Source: Minisyncoccota bacterium (GTDB taxonomy: Bacteria > Patescibacteriota > Minisyncoccia > JAHIHE01 > JAGLIN01). From it: a stretch of DNA of 64,000 nucleotides. Shown piece after piece: positions 58,501 to 64,000 of this stretch. Each line of letters starts with the position of its first letter. The stretch's first letter is position 1. The position numbers and the translations under genes were made by a program. The stretch covers positions 129,854 to 193,853 of the forward strand of contig JBAZUT010000001.1 in NCBI GenBank assembly GCA_041661265.1. Reading direction: 5' to 3'. The notes under the pieces were generated by a model. It was not told where the DNA came from and made no database searches. It saw only the letters and a list, made by a program, of their open reading frames with translations.

Positions 58501-59028
58501 AATATGCTTGAAACCACATAAGTTATGATCTGATCATAGCTTCCCGCCTGGGTCGCCGTAGAAATCGCAGTTTCGTGAGTGATCAAGGTCGTGCCATCGG
58601 TATCTCCCGTTCCCAGCATGTCGACATCCTGAGTTCCGTTGGAAGAGAAGATGACATCCATATTGGGTTCTCCAACGGGAATGGGAGTGTCGTCGTCGTC
58701 GAACGGCGATTGCTCAGTCCAGGTCGTAGCCGTTCCAGCTGCTCCGGCATTGGTTGGAGAAGCGACAGTAATTCCGTGGCCCTCGGTTCCGGCAGAAACC
58801 GTCCCATTTTCCGCGATATCGTCTATGTCGATGGAAGCAGAAGCTTGATTAAGCTGATCATCCGCCCAAAGTCCCACCTGAAATCCCGCAGATGTGCTTG
58901 CGCCGATCTTCAGTCTATACGAGCAGGAAGAAACAGAAGACGTGCTCAAGGTTCCCAGGGCGCAGGCATTGGTGTCGGCAGTTTCAGCTGAGTTTCGGAT
59001 GGCAAAGGTCAATGTTCCGGGAACTTCA
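58492..59028. repeat. 537-bp perfect direct repeat, copy 1 (3' ends of two paralogous genes plus downstream 5 bp)
   Basis: 100% identical to 59640-60176. The ORF-track nested ORFs at 58575/59723 and 58583/59731 are identical. Confidence 0.9.
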
Positions 59029-59615
59029 GCGCTAACAGTAACTTGATCATCATCGACTGTCGTTGTGATTGGAACATACAAGGTGCCCGTTCCGCCAAAA
59101 GTCCCGCTTGTTACTATACTATAAGTTCCCCCAGCTGTCGGAGTGATCGGCTGCTTATCAGCTGCTGCGGCTACATTCGTTCCAATTTTTATTGTTATCA
59201 CCGATCCGGAAGCAATAGAAACCGGGGTCGCGGCAGGCTGAGTAAAAGTTATTGCCGAAGCTGTAACTCCAACCCCGAGAGTGGAAGCCGCCGGACTGGC
59301 AGCAAGAGCGACGTCCGCAACGTCATCTATGAAATCAATGTCGGAAAAGTCCAGATCATTTCCGCTGCCATTTATATCGAAATCGCTTTGGTAGGTTATG
59401 ATCATTGTCTGATCGGCAGAACTGAATGCGTCATTTATGGTAAAGGTAAGAATTTGGCTGTGATTCTCGCTTGGACCGATCCTTGAAAGCTGGATCTGCG
59501 CCGAAGAGATCACCGCTCCTTTTGCCGTCTGAATCGGAGATGAAATAATGTTCATCGCAAAAATCAGCACGAAAATCATGGCCGAAGCAATGATTTTTTT
59601 TGTTTTATGATGCAT
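58497..59615 (-). CDS. secreted Thr/Ala/Gly-rich protein with conserved 177-aa C-terminal domain (paralogue 1)
   Basis: Signal peptide IIASAMIFVLIFAMNIISSPIQTAKG. The C-terminal 177 aa are identical to those of 59645-60394. Confidence 0.7.
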   Translation of the reverse strand: MHHKTKKIIASAMIFVLIFAMNIISSPIQTAKGAVISSAQIQLSRIGPSENHSQILTFTINDAFSSADQTMIITYQSDFDINGSGNDLDFSDIDFIDDVADVALAASPAASTLGVGVTASAITFTQPAATPVSIASGSVITIKIGTNVAAAADKQPITPTAGGTYSIVTSGTFGGTGTLYVPITTTVDDDQVTVSAEVPGTLTFAIRNSAETADTNACALGTLSTSSVSSCSYRLKIGASTSAGFQVGLWADDQLNQASASIDIDDIAENGTVSAGTEGHGITVASPTNAGAAGTATTWTEQSPFDDDDTPIPVGEPNMDVIFSSNGTQDVDMLGTGDTDGTTLITHETAISTATQAGSYDQIITYVVSSIL

Positions 59616-59639
59616 GTTGATTGATCAATGATTTATTAT

Positions 59640-60176
59640 ATCTTTTATAATATGCTTGAAACCACATAAGTTATGATCTGATCATAGCTTCCCGCCTGGG
59701 TCGCCGTAGAAATCGCAGTTTCGTGAGTGATCAAGGTCGTGCCATCGGTATCTCCCGTTCCCAGCATGTCGACATCCTGAGTTCCGTTGGAAGAGAAGAT
59801 GACATCCATATTGGGTTCTCCAACGGGAATGGGAGTGTCGTCGTCGTCGAACGGCGATTGCTCAGTCCAGGTCGTAGCCGTTCCAGCTGCTCCGGCATTG
59901 GTTGGAGAAGCGACAGTAATTCCGTGGCCCTCGGTTCCGGCAGAAACCGTCCCATTTTCCGCGATATCGTCTATGTCGATGGAAGCAGAAGCTTGATTAA
60001 GCTGATCATCCGCCCAAAGTCCCACCTGAAATCCCGCAGATGTGCTTGCGCCGATCTTCAGTCTATACGAGCAGGAAGAAACAGAAGACGTGCTCAAGGT
60101 TCCCAGGGCGCAGGCATTGGTGTCGGCAGTTTCAGCTGAGTTTCGGATGGCAAAGGTCAAAACCGCATCCTCTTCC
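59640..60176. repeat. 537-bp perfect direct repeat, copy 2
   Basis: See 58492-59028. Confidence 0.9.
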
Positions 60177-60394
60177 ATCTGCCTATATCCGGCTTTTATT
60201 GTATAATTGGCGCTATCTGATGATCCTGTTCCAACTTCACCCGCCGTATCCTTCAAGTTATAATTGGCACTTTGTCCGGAATCCACTCCGCCGATGTTGA
60301 CCGAATCCTTCTCTATTTTATAATTAGCGCTTTCCATGCTTAGTGCCTGGAAAGGTAAAATCAGGCTAAAAATTATTAAAATATATTTATTCAC
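59645..60394 (-). CDS. secreted protein with three N-terminal SANY.(I/L)K repeats and the shared 177-aa C-terminal domain (paralogue 2)
   Basis: Signal peptide ILIIFSLILPFQALS. Repeats ESANYKIEKDSV, QSANYNLKDTAG and DSANYTIKAGY. C-terminus TFAIRNSAETADTNACALGTLS...YDQIITYVVSSIL. Confidence 0.7.
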   Translation of the reverse strand: MNKYILIIFSLILPFQALSMESANYKIEKDSVNIGGVDSGQSANYNLKDTAGEVGTGSSDSANYTIKAGYRQMEEDAVLTFAIRNSAETADTNACALGTLSTSSVSSCSYRLKIGASTSAGFQVGLWADDQLNQASASIDIDDIAENGTVSAGTEGHGITVASPTNAGAAGTATTWTEQSPFDDDDTPIPVGEPNMDVIFSSNGTQDVDMLGTGDTDGTTLITHETAISTATQAGSYDQIITYVVSSIL

Positions 60395-60658
60395 TTTGAT
60401 CCAAATTAACTGATTTATCGATAATATCGCGTTAACTTAATTTGCGAAAATCTGACTATATTTATTCAATCTTTTGTTATATTTTAATACCGTTTAACTT
60501 TTTTGCAAAACACTTTTGTAGAACAAGTCGCGAAAAATGCAAATTTGTCAAAATATATTATCAGAATTTTATCGATCAAAATGAGACAATTAAACAAAAT
60601 AGGCCAAAACCGTGCCTATATATCCGCTTTCATATCGAATCCCCGACGCAAACTCACT

Positions 60659-61030
60659 TTATGTCAGAACTCGAAGCAAAAGCATTTCCTGGAAATATAC
60701 GAAAGCCGCAAGCATAATCCCAAAAAAGATCGTGAAAACGGTCACCTCGCTGAATGATAAATAATGAGGCTTGTAGACAATAAATCCAGGCTTCTGTGGA
60801 GCGGGTTCTTTCTTTTTATTTTCAATCCTCACCGGAACCACAAACTCGCTTTTTCCGTTCGTTCTGTCGATATATTCCCTGACCCAGTCTACTGTCGTGA
60901 CCCAATTCCTTCCGAGCTTAACGCCCTTCATTTTTTTCGTTCTGCAAAGCAAGCTGATATATTCCTGAGAATATTCGGTCATCTTTGCCGCCTTGGAAAG
61001 AGATATATATTTTATTTCTTTATCCTCCAT
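60659..61030 (-). CDS. membrane-tethered excisionase/MerR-type HTH protein
   Basis: YISLSKAAKMTEYSQEYISLLCRTKKMKGVKLGRNWVTTVDWVREYI is HTH_17-like. C-terminal TM VTVFTIFFGIMLAAFVYF. Confidence 0.5.
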   Translation of the reverse strand: MEDKEIKYISLSKAAKMTEYSQEYISLLCRTKKMKGVKLGRNWVTTVDWVREYIDRTNGKSEFVVPVRIENKKKEPAPQKPGFIVYKPHYLSFSEVTVFTIFFGIMLAAFVYFQEMLLLRVLT

Positions 61031-61428
61031 AAAGATTTGGTATAAAAATAACTATAGTGGTATTTTAGCATATTTTATATATTATGACAATTGCCGATAA
61101 TTATCCGCTATGATCAGCCATATCCGGCATGCAAATCTCCTCTTATATTGATTTTAATCTGATTTTATATAGCCTCATCTCAAAAAAGTGCTGTTTGCAT
61201 TACCTGGAAATATTGACAAAAGCCTTATTTTATAATATAATCCTCCGTCAGGCTGAAATACCTTCAACCTGCATTCAATGTAGATAAAGAGAAAAACAGT
61301 TCATTAAAAACACAAAAGGTGATCGAAATGGGCAAAAGAACAGAAATATTAAAAAGTGCAGATGCTACCGAATCGGAAATAAAAAAGAAAAAACATTGGT
61401 TAAAATTCTGGTAACGGAGGAATCGTAA

Positions 61429-61827
61429 ATGTATAAAATGATGCTTTCACAGCTTACGGAAAAGAGACTGATGGAAATTTTCCTGCTCTACGACAGGATA
61501 ATCGGAGGAAGAATAAGAGACTACGCGCTCATGCAGTCCTCCCCGCCCTTTGCAACGCATTTGGCATACATTAACAAACAATTCAGCTCAGGCAACGCGG
61601 CGGAATTCTGCTACGGCTCTAATCTCAATGGCGGAGAACAGAATACCAAACTTATAGTGTGGTATGAAAGCGGTCTCTATCAGGATAAAAAACTCACTGA
61701 TAAGCTGATCCGCTTCTCCTTTGATACGCATTCGATCGATACAGAAGAGTCGAGAAATATGCGGTCAGATTTTGAAGAAGCGGCCGATAAGCTTCTCGTG
61801 AAATGGGGCGTAAACATTGATCTATAG
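61429..61827 (+). CDS. hypothetical protein, paralogue 1 of tandem pair
   Basis: RBS acggaggaatcgtaaATG. Shares L.EKRL.EI.LLY..I.GG..R.YAL..SS.P.A..L.YI...S.G......GS.LNGGE.N.KL..W....LY with 61854-62255. Confidence 0.55.
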   Translation: MYKMMLSQLTEKRLMEIFLLYDRIIGGRIRDYALMQSSPPFATHLAYINKQFSSGNAAEFCYGSNLNGGEQNTKLIVWYESGLYQDKKLTDKLIRFSFDTHSIDTEESRNMRSDFEEAADKLLVKWGVNIDL

Positions 61828-61853
61828 CGCAAAATATACGCCAGGAGGAAAAA

Positions 61854-62255
61854 ATGTACGGTATGAGACTTTCAGAGTTGAACGAAGAAAGACTAAGGGA
61901 CATCCTGCTTCTTTATGAAAAGATCGTCGGAGGGAATGTAAGACAATATGCCCTTCAAAGATCATCAGAGCCAATGGCATTGAGATTGGAATATATCCGC
62001 AACAATCTTTCCTGCGGATTACGCTTCGGTTCCAGTCTTAACGGAGGAGAAGATAATGCCAAACTTTTCTTCTGGCGGGAAAAACCGCTCTATGACGAGA
62101 CAACGAGAAAAAGGATCGACGAAGTCGTAAGAATCTCATTCGACCCGAATGTCGTGTCAGGCCCTGAAGCGGAAAAAATGAAAATAGACTTCGAAAAAGC
62201 GGTTGATGAACTGCTTTTGAAATGGAAAGTGAATATAGAGCTGAAAACGCGATAA
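61854..62255 (+). CDS. hypothetical protein, paralogue 2 of tandem pair
   Basis: RBS caggaggaaaaaATG. About 35-40% identity to the upstream gene over the full length. Confidence 0.55.
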   Translation: MYGMRLSELNEERLRDILLLYEKIVGGNVRQYALQRSSEPMALRLEYIRNNLSCGLRFGSSLNGGEDNAKLFFWREKPLYDETTRKRIDEVVRISFDPNVVSGPEAEKMKIDFEKAVDELLLKWKVNIELKTR

Positions 62256-62274
62256 AAAGCGTGAATGGAGGAAA

Positions 62275-62637
62275 ATGTCCAAAACTACAACACTTTTGTT
62301 GGCGCTTGCAATAATCGTATCGCTGAGCGGATGTACGGAATATTATTCGAAATCTTCGTATTTCAATGGCACAGTTGCCGTTGAATACCGGCAGACAAAA
62401 ACAGGGAATAGCGACGATTACCTGACGTTCAGGTTCTATGATCCGGGGACTTATGAGATCTCATTCTCTATTCCTTCCGGTAAGGCTAAGGCCAGAACGG
62501 GTCTGCTACCCGAAGATTTCAAGCAGGAAATTGAAACTGCGCCAAGAGAGATCACCATAAAACAGCATGTCTTGCCGGACCATATTCGGATAACGATAAA
62601 AAAGGATGGCCAGACAGAATCTCATGATTTCTCATAG
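62275..62637 (+). CDS. lipoprotein, hypothetical
   Basis: Signal peptide with lipobox LLLALAIIVSLSGC. RBS aatggaggaaaATG. Confidence 0.6.
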   Translation: MSKTTTLLLALAIIVSLSGCTEYYSKSSYFNGTVAVEYRQTKTGNSDDYLTFRFYDPGTYEISFSIPSGKAKARTGLLPEDFKQEIETAPREITIKQHVLPDHIRITIKKDGQTESHDFS

Positions 62638-62648
62638 CAATAAACAAT

Positions 62649-62680
62649 AGCGGTACAAAACATGTACCGCTCTTTTATTT
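62649..62680 (+). terminator. rho-independent terminator
   Basis: agcggtacaaaacatgtaccgct followed by cttttattt. Confidence 0.7.
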
Positions 62681-62829
62681 GATCTGAGTTTTTAATTGAA
62701 GAATTCGGCAAGCTTAGTGTTGACAAAAGATGTTTTTAGCATATAATATGCGGTCAGGCTTAACAGTTAACCGGCCTGCTTCCTGTATCAACCATAGGAA
62801 AAAGTTCATTGACAAGAGGTGACCAGAAA

Positions 62830-63186
62830 ATGATAAGAATAGTAATCTACGGAATGTATAAATTCAAGATGGGTGCGCAAGATTTTGCCGATCTCATAAT
62901 GGCAATAAGGGACGGAACAGTCAATCGGATCATATATACTCCCGAATTAAAGCTCAGAAGCTGGGACGTCAAATTCGCATTGCCGAAAGACGGGGAAACT
63001 CCGGCTCCTGGTGAAAGCATAGAGAGAGATATAACAGTTGATATCAGCGGCATTGCAGCACACGCTGCCGAGTTTGAAAAAGCAAAAGAAGATTCCATTA
63101 ATATGGTGATGGAAACTCTGAAGAAAGAGCTTTTAAAAACTGCCCCTGAAAAAACAATAAAGAGAAAATGGTGGCAATTCCGGTAG
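62830..63186 (+). CDS. hypothetical protein
   Basis: ORF with an AGAGG RBS 9 nt upstream of the ATG at 62830. No recognisable motifs. Confidence 0.4.
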   Translation: MIRIVIYGMYKFKMGAQDFADLIMAIRDGTVNRIIYTPELKLRSWDVKFALPKDGETPAPGESIERDITVDISGIAAHAAEFEKAKEDSINMVMETLKKELLKTAPEKTIKRKWWQFR

Positions 63187-63200
63187 GGAGGCGAGCGAAT

Positions 63201-64000
63201 ATGCATGAAACGAAAAGGTCGAATCCGGACGAAATCTTTCCCGAGATCATAACAACGAGAACCGCTCACTGTGTACATTTAATATTGGAATCCGGGGAAA
63301 CGAAACGGTTGAATTTCATCGAATGTCCTCACGGGAGCAAGGAAGACCTGGATTTCATATTTGAAGCGATGGGAAACTGTATCGGCAAGCATACGCTTTT
63401 TGTGGAACAAGGATCGCCAAAGCAGAAGGACTATTATACTGAAAGGCTCAAGAAAATAGCAGATGACCATGCGGACATCAGGAGAGACTTCCGGGAAGAA
63501 CCTTCAATATGGGAAAAGCTAATGGCCGCAAAAGACCCCTTTGCACAAGCCAGTGATTATATCATCACAAGAACGGAAGGAAGGGTCGTCAACATGGACC
63601 TTGAGGCCAACCTGTCCCAAGAAGCGATCAATTTCCTGTTCAAAGAAAGCTCCCCGGAATTCGCTTTGGAAATAATATACGACATTGTAAGACTGGCTTG
63701 TTTTGACCACCAGGAAACTATCCCGAAAATAATGAAAATTATCCTGCCACAAATTCCGGCCGAGGATGTTGATCGTGCTTGCTGGATAATATACTGGACC
63801 TATCACAGGATCGACAGACTTATGGACAGAAGCAAACTAATAAGGAAAAGGCTGAATTTTCTCAGAGAAAGATATATGAGGTCAACCTTGGAAAAATATG
63901 CATCTGACAGAGACTATGTCTTGTGCCATCCCAACCATGCCCGAGAAATAAAAAGATCAAGGGATCAAATAGCCATTCCCGAAGAGCCGAAACCTCTCTT
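63201..64000 (+). CDS. hypothetical protein, 3'-truncated by window end (>266 aa)
   Basis: Open frame from the ATG at 63201 through the end of the window with no stop (MHETKRSNPDEIFPEIITTRTAHC...). A GGGAGG RBS lies upstream. It is absent from the ORF track because no stop falls within the window. Opposite-strand ORFs 63279-63470 and 63519-63806 are judged spurious. Confidence 0.5.
   Translation, partial: MHETKRSNPDEIFPEIITTRTAHCVHLILESGETKRLNFIECPHGSKEDLDFIFEAMGNCIGKHTLFVEQGSPKQKDYYTERLKKIADDHADIRRDFREEPSIWEKLMAAKDPFAQASDYIITRTEGRVVNMDLEANLSQEAINFLFKESSPEFALEIIYDIVRLACFDHQETIPKIMKIILPQIPAEDVDRACWIIYWTYHRIDRLMDRSKLIRKRLNFLRERYMRSTLEKYASDRDYVLCHPNHAREIKRSRDQIAIPEEPKPL

Noticed and set aside
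58492-60176. Large perfect tandem repeat as a possible CRISPR array or IS element
   Set aside because: It is a single 537-bp duplication of coding sequence, not short repeats with spacers. No transposase or terminal inverted repeats were seen.
58497-60394. Assigning the shared 177-aa C-terminal domain to the WxL family
   Set aside because: It is suggestive because a DUF916-like gene is adjacent. However the two canonical W-x-L motifs are not present (only LWADD and TWTEQ), so it is left as an unnamed conserved domain.
63279-63806. Minus-strand ORFs 63279-63470 and 63519-63806 from the ORF track
   Set aside because: A longer uninterrupted plus-strand frame with an RBS (63201 to window end) covers the same interval. 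The minus ORFs are likely shadows.

Overview
This is a low-GC bacterial chromosomal window dominated by minus-strand genes. The combination of very large surface proteins, KE-rich extensions on ribosomal protein S6 and RecA, and rpoBC uncoupled from rplL suggests an uncultivated, possibly CPR/Patescibacteria-like lineage, but that is inference only. Conserved core genes present are ychF, rpsF-ssb-rpsR, recA, a RodZ-like gene, ftsK, rpoC and rpoB. The left 10 kb is a glycan-biosynthesis block: a 1623-aa all-in-one GT2-GT2-flippase-GT4 fusion, a ManC-like nucleotidyltransferase, GtrA, an RHH-fused nucleotidyltransferase, phosphomannomutase and a HAD hydrolase. Positions 11.5-18.8 kb are accessory. 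They contain a HicB/HicA remnant bounded by a diverged copy of the ychF 3' end, an Mrr restriction-enzyme pseudogene with a single in-frame TGA, a Cys-rich zinc-ribbon gene flanked by MITE-like repeats, and a phosphatase/kinase/Nudix cluster. That cluster is interrupted by a module (cupin, isoprenoid-synthase-like, TrmB) bounded by a diverged copy of the kinase gene's 5' end. The right half is a surface-protein region: a 3031-aa SH3b-bearing giant protein followed by two tandem paralogous ~50-aa peptide genes, a 1533-aa tail-fibre-like protein with a C-terminal intramolecular-chaperone (peptidase S74) domain, FN3/Pro-rich and DUF916-like anchored proteins, and two secreted paralogues sharing a 100% identical 537-bp 3' end. 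No rRNA, tRNA or CRISPR array was recognised. Standard genetic code is inferred because rpoB and rpoC are uninterrupted.
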